A stretch of 64,000 nucleotides of DNA from Verrucomicrobiales bacterium (GCA_038139415.1 JAYOSV010000012.1:1-64000), one strand, 5' to 3'; numbered from the stretch's first letter, positions 51,660-61,940 are shown. The notes: generated by a model from the letters alone, not told the origin. Made by a program: numbers and translations.

Positions 51660-54500
51660 ATGTTTCCTGATATACAATTCAATGGTGAGTTGCGTCCTTC
51701 GCAGGCGGATGTAGTTAGAATTGCGCGCGAGCAGCTCGAAGCAGGCGAACGCCAGTTGCACATCGTGGCCCCACCTGGATCAGGCAAGACAGTCACTGGA
51801 TTGTACCTCTGGGCGGAGGTGATCCAGAAACCTACACTGGTACTTTGCCCAAACTCCGCCATCCAAAGTCAATGGGCGGCGCGAACGGATTTGTTTTCGG
51901 CAGATGGAAAAGCGTTGCCCAAGCATTGGGTGAGCACAGAGACGGAACAACCTAGCCTATTGACTTCGTTAACCTATCAATCCGTTACGCTACCGTCGCG
52001 TGATGATTCGACGCTGGATACGATGGCTATTTTCAGCTGGGTGGACCAGCTCATCGAGAAAGGTGAGGCAAAAGATCCTGCAGAGGCGCAGGTTTGGATC
52101 GAAAGCCTTCAAAGCAAGAATCCACATTATTATCACGATCGGCTTAGTTTCTTTCGAAAAAAAGTTCGGGACGAGGTTTCGTTAGGGGGCGATACGATGA
52201 AATTGCTGCATACATCCGCACTAGCCACACTGAAGCGGTTGCGCGATAACGGCCTAGGGTTAGTGATTCTTGATGAGTGCCACCACCTCATGAGCCATTG
52301 GGGCCGCGTGCTGGCAGCAACGAACGAATTCCTCGGCAACCCTATTGTACTGGGACTAACAGCCACGCCGCCTGAACAGGCCGAGAGGGACACGGTAGAT
52401 GCCAAACGTTACCGTGCCTATTTCGGTCCAGTGGATTACGAGGTGCCCGTGCCTGCGGTGGTAAAAGATGGGTTTCTTGCGCCGTACCAGGACCTAGCGT
52501 ATTTCGTACGACCACTGGGCAAAGAGTTGGAGTACATCACGCAAACTTCAGAGACGTTCGACCAGTTGGTGGAGGACTTGTGCAACCCTCCTTTAGATGA
52601 CAACGGGCACCCTGTGCGTGAGAGCATGATAGACTTTACGAGTCGTGTGCTGGCCGAGCGCGACCTGATCATCATGAAAGCGGACTCATGGAATGATTTC
52701 GAAGGCCGTGCCGGATCGTTCTCCGAGGCCGGCCGCATTTTTCTTAATGACCGTGGCGTTGCGTTTCCTGAAGGTGTTCCAGAGCTCGAACTTACACCAT
52801 ATGATGAAATTGTATGGGCCGACCCGCTGGACCGTCTTTTTCCTATTCTCTCATGGTACATTCGCCATGGCTTGAGGCGGTCCGTTAAAAAGGCCGATCA
52901 AGATCTGGCTCAACACGCAATCAGTCGCCTGCGGCTGCTCGGCACGCAGATCACCGAGACGGGCTCTCAACAATGCGCCTCACCGGTCTCGCGTATCTTG
53001 GCCTACTCACGAGCCAAGGCGCGAGCCCTGATCCCTATTCTTAAGCGCGAACAAACCGAATTGGGAGACACAATTCGCGCGGTTGTGATTTGTGATTACG
53101 AAAAAACCTCTGCCGTAAGTGCCGAGCTGGACCATCTTCTTGATGATGAAGCCGGAGGTGCTATCGCAGCCTTTCGCGAATTACTTACAGACGAGAACAC
53201 GGATAAGCTGGATCCGGTACTCATCACCGGTTCTACAGTGCTAGTAGATGATGACCTGAGGCCAAAGCTGGAGAGTGCCGCATTACAATGGCTATCCCTC
53301 AATAAATTTTCTGTAGAGTTCGTTTGGCAGGAGTCTGAAGGCTTTCACGTTCTTTCCGGAAAAGGCTCTGACTGGTGTCCACGGGTATACGTGGAAATGA
53401 TCACCGAACTTTTTCAGCAGGGCATTATCCGCTGCCTAGTGGGCACCCGCGGGCTACTTGGCGAAGGATGGGATGCAAATAAGATCAATGTACTCATTGA
53501 CCTGACCTGTGTAACCACCTCAATGACCATCAATCAATTGCGCGGCAGATCTTTCCGTCTCGACCCGGATGTACCAAAAAAACTGGCCAATAACTGGGAT
53601 GTCGTTTGCATCGCGCCGGAATTCAAAAAGGGCCTGGACGATTACCATCGGTTTCGCAAAAAGCACAATAACCTATACGGAGTAACCGACGATGGTTGCA
53701 TCGAAAAAGGCGTAGGACACGTACACGCCGCATTCACAGAGATTGAGCCAGAGGGCGTGGAAGAAAACATGGTAGAGCTCAACCGCGACATGCTTGAACG
53801 GGTTGAGCAGCGATCGCACTTTCGCAGCTTGTGGAAAATTGGCGAACCGTACCATCCCGAACCTATCCTAGCGGTTGAAAAAAAATACGGTGGTGGCAAC
53901 GGCTTTAAGCCAATGTCACCGCTCAGCCAAGAATGGACTGAAGGCTCTCTCACCCAAGCCATCGGTCGCGCGGTTATTGGCGGCCTAGCTGAAGCCGAGT
54001 TACTGGAAAACATGAGTTGGAATGAGGCCGAGCAAAATATTCACGCAGCAGAACGAGCAGGCGGTTATGTACGCATATTTCTTGAAAATGCCGATGAGGA
54101 TACCAGCCGCATGTTTGCCCAAGCGATGGCCGATGTGTTTGGGCCAGTAGCAGACGCACGCTACGTCATCCAGCGCAAAGCTGATTTTGAATACTCAGAA
54201 AGTCGTTTCAAAGACACATGGATACTGGATAAAACGCCAGAATTCATTTCCCAATTCATCGAGAAGCGCACCCAAGTTACTAAACGCCGACGCGAAGTAC
54301 TGAAGGTGCACGCCGTCCCAAAAATTCTTGCCCGAAACAAGGAGCGCGCCCTGCTCTTCCAAAAGAATTGGAATATCCACGTCAGTCCTGGAAACGTGTG
54401 GTACTACACTCACGAAGGGACCAAAAGCATGCTTCAGGAAGCCAGCGAAAAAGGTTGGCTACCGAAAGATCCTGTCCATCAAAAGGACGTGTTCATGTAA
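51660..54500 (+). CDS. SF2 DEAD/DEAH-box helicase-family protein (946 aa) with long uncharacterised C-terminal region
   Basis: Motif I LHIVAPPGSGKT. Motif II VILDECHH. Motif III GLTATP. Motif VI INQLRGRSFRL. Large insertion between the RecA lobes. About 350 C-terminal residues without a recognised motif. The region is visibly more AT-rich than its flanks. Confidence 0.8.
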   Translation: MFPDIQFNGELRPSQADVVRIAREQLEAGERQLHIVAPPGSGKTVTGLYLWAEVIQKPTLVLCPNSAIQSQWAARTDLFSADGKALPKHWVSTETEQPSLLTSLTYQSVTLPSRDDSTLDTMAIFSWVDQLIEKGEAKDPAEAQVWIESLQSKNPHYYHDRLSFFRKKVRDEVSLGGDTMKLLHTSALATLKRLRDNGLGLVILDECHHLMSHWGRVLAATNEFLGNPIVLGLTATPPEQAERDTVDAKRYRAYFGPVDYEVPVPAVVKDGFLAPYQDLAYFVRPLGKELEYITQTSETFDQLVEDLCNPPLDDNGHPVRESMIDFTSRVLAERDLIIMKADSWNDFEGRAGSFSEAGRIFLNDRGVAFPEGVPELELTPYDEIVWADPLDRLFPILSWYIRHGLRRSVKKADQDLAQHAISRLRLLGTQITETGSQQCASPVSRILAYSRAKARALIPILKREQTELGDTIRAVVICDYEKTSAVSAELDHLLDDEAGGAIAAFRELLTDENTDKLDPVLITGSTVLVDDDLRPKLESAALQWLSLNKFSVEFVWQESEGFHVLSGKGSDWCPRVYVEMITELFQQGIIRCLVGTRGLLGEGWDANKINVLIDLTCVTTSMTINQLRGRSFRLDPDVPKKLANNWDVVCIAPEFKKGLDDYHRFRKKHNNLYGVTDDGCIEKGVGHVHAAFTEIEPEGVEENMVELNRDMLERVEQRSHFRSLWKIGEPYHPEPILAVEKKYGGGNGFKPMSPLSQEWTEGSLTQAIGRAVIGGLAEAELLENMSWNEAEQNIHAAERAGGYVRIFLENADEDTSRMFAQAMADVFGPVADARYVIQRKADFEYSESRFKDTWILDKTPEFISQFIEKRTQVTKRRREVLKVHAVPKILARNKERALLFQKNWNIHVSPGNVWYYTHEGTKSMLQEASEKGWLPKDPVHQKDVFM

Positions 54501-54535
54501 CAAAAAAACGCCGGACCTCTCCATGAGATTCGGCG
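54501..54535 (-). terminator. Rho-independent terminator for glnK (minus strand)
   Basis: On the minus strand: ACGCCG-(17 nt)-CGGCGU stem followed by UUUUUUU. Confidence 0.45.
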
Positions 54536-54554
54536 TCGTGATTGGATCGGCAGA

Positions 54555-54893
<339 letters not shown>

Positions 54894-54915
54894 TCAAATA
54901 TTCCTTAGTTTAGGA

Positions 54916-56313
54916 TTAATCGTTGTAACCCGCCTCACCATGGGCGGAGATATCGAGACCACTGGTCTCATCCTGTTCATCCACCCGCAGGCCAACCATT
55001 GCATTCACCACCTTGAGGATGATCCAAGTAGCCACGAGCGTGTAAAGCCCCACCGCGGCCGCCGCCTTAAATTGTATGGCGAACTGGGCTCCACTCTCGT
55101 AGTCCCCGCGCCCATCCAATGTGCCGCTCGCACCGAGGAACGCCAGCAACAGCGTGCCGATAATGCCGCCCACACCGTGAACACCGAAGACATCCAACGA
55201 ATCATCGTAGCCGAATTTCGCCTTGATGGCCGTGCTCGCGTACCAGCAGACGAAGCCGGAGGCCAAGCCAATGATCAACGCACCCTGCGGCCCCACAACA
55301 CCGGATGCCGGCGTAATCGCCGCCAAGCCCGCAATCGAGCCAGTTACGATTCCCAGCACCGTGGGTTTCCCGTTCTTCATCCACTCAATAAACATCCACG
55401 TCAATGCCGCCGTCGCCGCAGAAATCTGCGTCACCACAATTGCGGTGGCCGCATCGCCATTGGCCGCCACAGCACTACCACCGTTGAAACCAAACCAACC
55501 CACCCAAAGCATGCCGGTACCGGCAACAGTCATCGGCAGATTATGCGGCATCATTTGCGCATTGGGATATCCCTTGCGCGGCCCCAAAACGATACAGGCT
55601 ACCAAAGCTCCCACACCGGCAGTGATGTGAACCACGATGCCACCGGCAAAATCTTGAACGCCTTCTACTCCAAAAATACCGCCGCCCCAAACGGTGTGAC
55701 AGGCAGGAACGTAGACAATCAATGCCCACAAACCGGTGAACCATAACATGGCCGAGAAACGAATCCGTTCCACAAACGCTCCGACCATCAGTGCCGGAGT
55801 AATGATGAAAAAGGTCATTTGAAAGATAAAAAATAATTCGTGAGGAATGGTGTCCGCATTGCCATGCGGTTCACCACTCAATCCGTTCATCAACGAATAC
55901 TTCAGGTCACCGAAGTATTTTCCTGTCTCAGAAAATGCCCCCGAATACCCCACCACCAGCCACAAGACGGTCATGAGACAAGTCAGCACGAAGCAGTGCA
56001 TCAGCACTGAGAGCACGTTTTTCTTCCGCACCAAACCGGCGTAAAAGAACGAGAGACCAGGGATGGTCATAAAGAGGACCAAGGCGCTCGCGGTCAGGAT
56101 CCATGCGGTATCACCCGAATCAATCTTCGAGGGCGGCGTATCGCCTTCTGTGGTTGCCCCGCTATCATCGCCGTCGGAGTTTGTATCCCCCGCGGTATTT
56201 TCCTCCGTAGCCGTAGTTTCGGTGGTGGTTGGATTATCGGCTGTTTCGTCAGCCCAAAGAGTTCCCCCGACAAAAGTCAGGGCTAGCAGGATACAGGGTA
56301 TGATTTTTTTCAT
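54916..56313 (-). CDS. amtB: Ammonium transporter
   Basis: Signal peptide. 11-TM Amt pattern (DTAWILTASALVLFMTIPGLSFFYAG). The start is set at MKKIIPCILL (ATG 56313). The ORF-track 55-aa extension is rejected. Confidence 0.9.
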   Translation of the reverse strand: MKKIIPCILLALTFVGGTLWADETADNPTTTETTATEENTAGDTNSDGDDSGATTEGDTPPSKIDSGDTAWILTASALVLFMTIPGLSFFYAGLVRKKNVLSVLMHCFVLTCLMTVLWLVVGYSGAFSETGKYFGDLKYSLMNGLSGEPHGNADTIPHELFFIFQMTFFIITPALMVGAFVERIRFSAMLWFTGLWALIVYVPACHTVWGGGIFGVEGVQDFAGGIVVHITAGVGALVACIVLGPRKGYPNAQMMPHNLPMTVAGTGMLWVGWFGFNGGSAVAANGDAATAIVVTQISAATAALTWMFIEWMKNGKPTVLGIVTGSIAGLAAITPASGVVGPQGALIIGLASGFVCWYASTAIKAKFGYDDSLDVFGVHGVGGIIGTLLLAFLGASGTLDGRGDYESGAQFAIQFKAAAAVGLYTLVATWIILKVVNAMVGLRVDEQDETSGLDISAHGEAGYND

Positions 56314-56435
56314 GGCCAGATGCTGCCACAAGCGCGTTGGGCAGATATTAATTTCATTCATCAAATTGATGAACGAAACAAACGAGTCAGTTACTACCTG
56401 AAAACAGGATAAAAGCGAGCAGTATTTATGACAGA

Positions 56436-57608
56436 TTACGCCAATTGCCCGGCCAATTGCTGGTGGGCGGCGTGCCATTGAGCGATGGCATCGCGGAGTT
56501 CGACCACGGCTTCGTCAAAGCGGGCGCGGAGTTCAGCAAGCTGTTCCTTGGTGAGATTGAGTTTTTTCTGAGCGGCCTTGGAGTATTCGTTTTTGGCGTG
56601 CTCCCAAGATTCAACCGCGGAGTGCAGCTTAACCCCGGCCTCAGCGAAGAGGGCCTGCGTCTTCTCACAGACTGGCTCGGGCGTATTGGAAAGCTGCTCG
56701 GCCAGTTCCTTATCTTTCTGGCGGATTTCAGCCAGCTCGATTTTCTCATCCGGCACGCGCCGCAGATCGCTGGTAAGGCCTAGCTTGCTTAGTGTCCAGG
56801 CCGCCCATTTGGTTGGATCAAACTGCCACGGCTTCACGCCATTCCGATAGTCATGCTGAAATTCGTGATGATAGTTGTGGTACCCTTCTCCAAAGGTCAG
56901 TAGGGCCATAAACCAAGAATCGCGCGCGGTGTGTGAGGAAGAATACGGCTGCGTGCCCATGTAGTGGCAAAGGCTGTTAATGAAAAAGGTGCTGTGGTGA
57001 CAACATGTGAGTCGAAACATTCCACCAAGCAGGAGACCAAGCAGAGCACCCTGCCAAGAACCCTCAATTAACCAACCCGCATAAGCCGGAAAAACAAATC
57101 CAACCAACAGGGCGATCTCGATCCACCAGCGATGTTGCCACATCACAATTTTGTCGGCCATTAAATCCTTAACGTTATCCTTGGCTGGAGCGAGTTTCTT
57201 CTTGAATAAGATCCAACCAATATGGGCATGCCAAAAGCCTTTGGTAATATTGTAAGGGTCATCTTCGTGATCCACATGCTTGTGGTGACGGCGATGATCT
57301 GCACTCCAAACGAGAGCCGAATCCTGCATAGCTGTAGCTCCACCGATCAGAGCGAATAATTTGACTGGCCACTTGGCCTTGAAGGAAATATGCGACAACA
57401 AACGATGATAGCCGAAAGTGATCCCCATCCCCGAATAAATGAACAAAACGAGCGCAATGAGAATATGTGCCCACCAATGCTGAATATCAGCACCAAATTT
57501 CCATATGAACATTGGGAGCCCCACCACCGAGCCCAATAGAATCAGACCCAGGAAAAAAGTGTTGCCAAAGTGGATACCGTTCCACACGTACTTTCTTGTT
57601 TGAGACAT
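56436..57608 (-). CDS. Acyl-CoA (stearoyl-CoA-type Δ9) fatty-acid desaturase with C-terminal coiled-coil extension
   Basis: Three His boxes HRLLSH, HRRHH and HNYHH. Membrane desaturase topology. Confidence 0.85.
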   Translation of the reverse strand: MSQTRKYVWNGIHFGNTFFLGLILLGSVVGLPMFIWKFGADIQHWWAHILIALVLFIYSGMGITFGYHRLLSHISFKAKWPVKLFALIGGATAMQDSALVWSADHRRHHKHVDHEDDPYNITKGFWHAHIGWILFKKKLAPAKDNVKDLMADKIVMWQHRWWIEIALLVGFVFPAYAGWLIEGSWQGALLGLLLGGMFRLTCCHHSTFFINSLCHYMGTQPYSSSHTARDSWFMALLTFGEGYHNYHHEFQHDYRNGVKPWQFDPTKWAAWTLSKLGLTSDLRRVPDEKIELAEIRQKDKELAEQLSNTPEPVCEKTQALFAEAGVKLHSAVESWEHAKNEYSKAAQKKLNLTKEQLAELRARFDEAVVELRDAIAQWHAAHQQLAGQLA

Positions 57609-57713
57609 ATTTAATTCCTTCGCCCCTAGGGCGGGAAGATCGCACGCTTCAAAGAATTGTAAACAAAAACATGCTACCTTTTCTCTGTTTCAACCTATAT
57701 CTTCCCAAAAACT

Positions 57714-59141
57714 ATGAATTACACTAAAATTCACTGGCTCCTAAGTGTTCTTATTTTTCCACTTATTTCGTTTGCTGATAAACCGAATGTCCTACTGATT
57801 GCTGTCGATGACCTAAATGCAGATTTAGGCTGTTACGGACACCCACTGGTGAAATCGCCCAATGTTGACCGACTAGCTGAACGCGGCCTTCGATTCGATC
57901 GCGCCTACTGCCAATATCCGGTTTGTAATCCCAGTCGGTCATCATTTATGACCGGTCTCTACCCTGAGCAGACCGGAGTACTGTCCAATGCCGGCCATTT
58001 TCGGGATAAACAACCGGACATCGCTTCTCTCTCGCAGCATTTTATCAATCACGGTTACTTTGCCGCGCGAATAGGTAAAATATACCATTACGGCGTACCC
58101 ACCCAAATCGGCACCGATGGCGAGGACGACAAGGCTTCCTGGAACAAGGTTATCAATCCCATCGGCATCGACCGCACGCGGCAGGATGAAGTGATCACCC
58201 TGCGCGCCGGCTCGTACGGCGGCACGATGAGCTGGCTCTTGCTCGACAGCAAAGACGAGGAACATACCGATGGACAGGCCGCGCTCGCCGCCGTGAAGTT
58301 GATGGAGGAACATCATCCGAACAAAACCGGCAAACCCTTCTTCCTTGCCGTCGGATTCTATCGCCCGCACACGCCATACGTCGCGCCGCTGCATCACGCA
58401 CGGCATTATCCTCTGGATAAAATCAAGCCCGTACTCGAATTGCCCGGCGACCGCGACGACATCCCGCCCGCCGCCCTGCCCGATCGGCCAAACCAACGCG
58501 AGCTCACCATCGAGCAACGCAAGGAGATCATCCGCGCCTATTACGCCTCAACGACATTGATGGACGCCTGCCTCGGCCGCGTACTGGATGGGCTGAAAAA
58601 ACTCAAGCTCGACGACGACACCATCGTCGTGTTTCTCAGCGACCACGGCTACCATCTCGGTCAACACGGCCTCTGGCAAAAGAGCGATCTCTTTGAAGGC
58701 AGCGCGCGCGTACCGTTCATCATTTCGGTGCCCGGCATGAAAACCGCCGGCCAGTCCTCCAGCTCACTCACCGAACTCATCGATCTTTACCCCACCCTCG
58801 CCGATCTCTGTAATCTGCCGCAGCCCAAACATCTCAAAGGCCACAGCCTCGCGCCTCTGCTTGCCAACCCCAAGGCTACCGTCCGACAGGCCGCCTACAG
58901 CACCACCCGCATCCGCCCGCGCCTGCCTGGCTTCACCGGCAAGGTCAAACCCCTCGGCCGCTCCATTCGCACCGACCGCTATCGTTATACTGAATGGGCA
59001 GATGGCAAATACGGTGTGGAACTGTATGATTACCAGACCGATCCCAGAGAAATCACCAACCTCGCCCGATCCGCAGCGCATACCGACAAAGTGAAGCAAC
59101 TCAAAACCATTTTCGATCAAACCCGAAAACACACCCGTTAA
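57714..59141 (+). CDS. Sulfatase (iduronate/arylsulfatase family), secreted
   Basis: Signal peptide. VLLIAVDDL. Formylglycine motif CNPSRSSFMTG. Confidence 0.85.
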   Translation: MNYTKIHWLLSVLIFPLISFADKPNVLLIAVDDLNADLGCYGHPLVKSPNVDRLAERGLRFDRAYCQYPVCNPSRSSFMTGLYPEQTGVLSNAGHFRDKQPDIASLSQHFINHGYFAARIGKIYHYGVPTQIGTDGEDDKASWNKVINPIGIDRTRQDEVITLRAGSYGGTMSWLLLDSKDEEHTDGQAALAAVKLMEEHHPNKTGKPFFLAVGFYRPHTPYVAPLHHARHYPLDKIKPVLELPGDRDDIPPAALPDRPNQRELTIEQRKEIIRAYYASTTLMDACLGRVLDGLKKLKLDDDTIVVFLSDHGYHLGQHGLWQKSDLFEGSARVPFIISVPGMKTAGQSSSSLTELIDLYPTLADLCNLPQPKHLKGHSLAPLLANPKATVRQAAYSTTRIRPRLPGFTGKVKPLGRSIRTDRYRYTEWADGKYGVELYDYQTDPREITNLARSAAHTDKVKQLKTIFDQTRKHTR

Positions 59142-60290
59142 ATGAAATCTCTTGTTTCGCTAACTCTTCTACTCAGCCTCCTCCCGGTCTTCTCCGCCGC
59201 TGAAGTGAAGGGAAACTGGAAACGCCACGTCGTTTGGGAAGGTCTACGAAACAATGTCGCCGTAGCCGCCGATTTCACAGGAGACGGCAAAATCGATATC
59301 ATCAGCAACGCTGGCGGCAAAACGCGACTGTTCATAGCGCCAAATTGGAAAGAGGTCATCATCGGGGACCACAAGGACCACACCTTTATCCACGGCGAAA
59401 CTATGGATGTGGACGGTGATGGAGATGCGGATTTCATCGGCGCCCGGTACAAGCCTGGCCTCATTGTGTGGTTTGAGCAGCCGAATAAAAACCCCACCGG
59501 CGGCCCGTGGAAGGCGCGCATTGCCGAGGATGAAATCATCGGCATCCACGGCGTACTCAAGGCGGATGTCAACGGAGACGGCAAACTAGATCTACTCGCC
59601 AACAGCGGCCAGCCCATGGGCAAGTTCCCCAACTCCGCCGTGTGGCTGGATATCCCCAAGAATCCCAAGACCGCCCAGCGCTGGAAACGATATGTGTTCG
59701 CCAAGGAAGACGCCCCGGGCCTGAGCCATTACCTCGGTGCCGGCGATCTCAATGGCGACGGACGGCTCGATATCACCCTCGCCGCCAAGGGCGGCCCGCA
59801 GGATAAATCAGGCAAGGGCGAATGGTTTGCGTGGTGGGAAGCCGGCAAAGACTCCACCAAGCCGTTCAAGAAACATCGCCTTCCCGGCAAACACCCCGGC
59901 GCCACTAACATCATGCCCGCCGACGTGAACGGCGACGGTAAACTAGACATCATCGCCAGCCGCGGCCATGGGGAGGGGTTGTTGTGGTACGAGAATCCTC
60001 GCTGGAATTTTCATAACATCAACACCGACCTCGCCTCGCCGCATTGCCTGCAGGTGGGCGATATCGACGGCGACGGCGACATCGATGCCATCACCTGCGC
60101 CTATCTCAGTCGCAAAGCCGCATGGTTTGAGAACGACGGCAAAGGCAAATTCACCACCCACATCATCCACGATGATCAGGCTGCGTACGACATCCGCCTG
60201 GTGGACATGGACGGCGACCGAGATCTCGATGCGCTCATCGCCGGGCAACAAAGCAAGAACGTGGTGTGGTACGAAAACCCCCTGAAGTAA
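59142..60290 (+). CDS. FG-GAP/VCBS-repeat secreted protein (7 repeats)
   Basis: Repeated D(x)DGDG(K/R)xD(I/L) Ca-binding loops (DFTGDGKIDII, DVDGDGDADFI, DVNGDGKLDLL, ...). The start codon immediately follows the sulfatase TAA. Confidence 0.8.
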   Translation: MKSLVSLTLLLSLLPVFSAAEVKGNWKRHVVWEGLRNNVAVAADFTGDGKIDIISNAGGKTRLFIAPNWKEVIIGDHKDHTFIHGETMDVDGDGDADFIGARYKPGLIVWFEQPNKNPTGGPWKARIAEDEIIGIHGVLKADVNGDGKLDLLANSGQPMGKFPNSAVWLDIPKNPKTAQRWKRYVFAKEDAPGLSHYLGAGDLNGDGRLDITLAAKGGPQDKSGKGEWFAWWEAGKDSTKPFKKHRLPGKHPGATNIMPADVNGDGKLDIIASRGHGEGLLWYENPRWNFHNINTDLASPHCLQVGDIDGDGDIDAITCAYLSRKAAWFENDGKGKFTTHIIHDDQAAYDIRLVDMDGDRDLDALIAGQQSKNVVWYENPLK

Positions 60291-60415
60291 CGTGCCGTGT
60301 TCCTCGCGGAATCCCAATCCCCATCCTCGACACCGCCGCCCAATGCAACACCGAAATCAACCGCGCCCGATCGTACTTGGAAAAGTGCCTCGCAAAAGTT
60401 TAACTCCCTCCATCC

Positions 60416-60991
60416 ATGAGTGATTCCTCCAAACCCAAGGTCCTGATTATCATCGGCGATGCCGCTGAGACGGTGGACACGATGTATCCCTACTTCCGCC
60501 TGATCGAGGGTGGCTACGAGCCGGTGATTGCCGCGCCGGAGAAACGCACCTACCAGATGGTTATGCACCAGAACAAACCCGGCTGGACCATCACCAAAGA
60601 ATGGGAGGGCTACACCATGGACGCCGACATCGCGTTCGCCGACATCCAGCCCGAGGACTATCTCGGCATCTTTTTCAGTGGCGGCCGTGCGCCGGAGTAC
60701 ATTCGTGAAGACGAGGATCTCCTTCGCATCACGCGTTATTTCTTCGAGCAAAACGCCCCCATCGCCAGTGTGTGTCACGGTGTGGAAATCCCCGCACGAG
60801 CCGATTGCGTGAAAGGCCGGCGCATGGCCACCGTGCCCAAAGCGAAGTTTGATCTCGAAATCTGTGGCGGCACATTTGTCGATGAACCCTGCGTGATCGA
60901 CGGCAACCTCATCAGCGGCCGCACCTTCTGGGATCACGGCCATTATATGGGTCCATGGATGAAGCTCCTCGATGAAGCCCGCAATGCCTAG
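60416..60991 (+). CDS. DJ-1/PfpI-family protein (class I glutamine-amidotransferase-like)
   Basis: Nucleophile elbow ASVCHG. The DJ-1/PfpI pattern. Confidence 0.85.
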   Translation: MSDSSKPKVLIIIGDAAETVDTMYPYFRLIEGGYEPVIAAPEKRTYQMVMHQNKPGWTITKEWEGYTMDADIAFADIQPEDYLGIFFSGGRAPEYIREDEDLLRITRYFFEQNAPIASVCHGVEIPARADCVKGRRMATVPKAKFDLEICGGTFVDEPCVIDGNLISGRTFWDHGHYMGPWMKLLDEARNA

Positions 60992-61155
60992 TCCTGACGC
61001 GCGAAGCGGTCGAGGTACGGCGTCTTCACAATCTGGTTTCCGTAACAACCAATGTCGCCATAGCCGAGATCATCAGCCAGCACGACAATGAATTGGGCGG
61101 GAGATGTTCCGCCACGGTGGCGAAGGTAAACAGGAACAGAAGTAAAATGTTTCAT
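60988..61155 (-). pseudogene. Sulfatase N-terminal remnant (55 codons, then a stop)
   Basis: MKHFTSVPVYLRHRGGTSPAQFIVVLADDLGYGDIGCYGNQIVKTPYLDRFARQD* is a sulfatase signal peptide plus the first conserved block. It stops after 56 codons, where the DJ-1 gene begins on the other strand. Confidence 0.55.
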
Positions 61156-61940
61156 GAGATGAGGTCTGGCGGAGGTTGATCGGGGCGAAGATCGATGTAA
61201 TCGGGATTGTCCGCCTCTCCGCGCACCAGGTAGACGGGCACCCAGTGCTCGGCGGTGTTGACGAACACCGTGCGGGCATTGGCGTAGCGCATGGTGTAGG
61301 CGGCGCGCCGGCGGCCGCTGGTGTTGGAGTCGCTGCCGTGCAGCACAAAGGAATCGTGCAGGGACAAACTGCCGGCGGCCATCTCCAGACACTCCGCAGC
61401 CGACTCCATTGCAGGCGTAACCTCCACGGTGAGTCCAAGCAGGTCATCGCCGCCAGTGCTCACCTTGTCCATCTCGGGATAGCCCTCGTGCGTGCACGGG
61501 ATTACCTGCATGCAGCCGTTGGCGCGGTCGGTGTCATCAATCGCTAGCCACACGGTGGTCACGTCAGTGCCCTGCACGCTGTGCCAATAGGTGTTGTCCT
61601 GATGCCATGCCACGGGCAAGCCGTCACCGGGACGTTTCACGATCAGGTGGGACATGATGAGAATGAGATCAGGGCCGAGAACACTTTGCACAGCATCAAG
61701 CACGCGCGGATGACGGCATAGCTCCAGCCAAAACGGATGCTTGGGATGTGGCTCGGTGAGATACTCAGGCCGAGCATCGAGCTCCTGATGTTTACCATCC
61801 TTATAGACCAGTTGGCGCGCGGGCAAATTGGCCAACATCGCATCCAGTTCTATTCTCACAGCAGAGATTTCCTCTGCATTCAGCACATCTGTGTAAACAC
61901 AATACCCTTCAGCGGTGTAATTGGAAGGGGTGACATTCAC
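61152..61940 (-). CDS. Phytanoyl-CoA dioxygenase (PhyH)-family Fe(II)/2-oxoglutarate oxygenase
   Basis: WHQDNTYW (HxD) with a downstream His. The PhyH pattern. Confidence 0.75.
   Translation of the reverse strand: MNVTPSNYTAEGYCVYTDVLNAEEISAVRIELDAMLANLPARQLVYKDGKHQELDARPEYLTEPHPKHPFWLELCRHPRVLDAVQSVLGPDLILIMSHLIVKRPGDGLPVAWHQDNTYWHSVQGTDVTTVWLAIDDTDRANGCMQVIPCTHEGYPEMDKVSTGGDDLLGLTVEVTPAMESAAECLEMAAGSLSLHDSFVLHGSDSNTSGRRRAAYTMRYANARTVFVNTAEHWVPVYLVRGEADNPDYIDLRPDQPPPDLIS

Noticed and set aside
54501-54554. Possible shared terminator for the helicase gene on the plus strand
   Set aside because: The hairpin is followed by a U-tract only on the minus strand, where it terminates glnK. On the plus strand there is no T-run after the stem.
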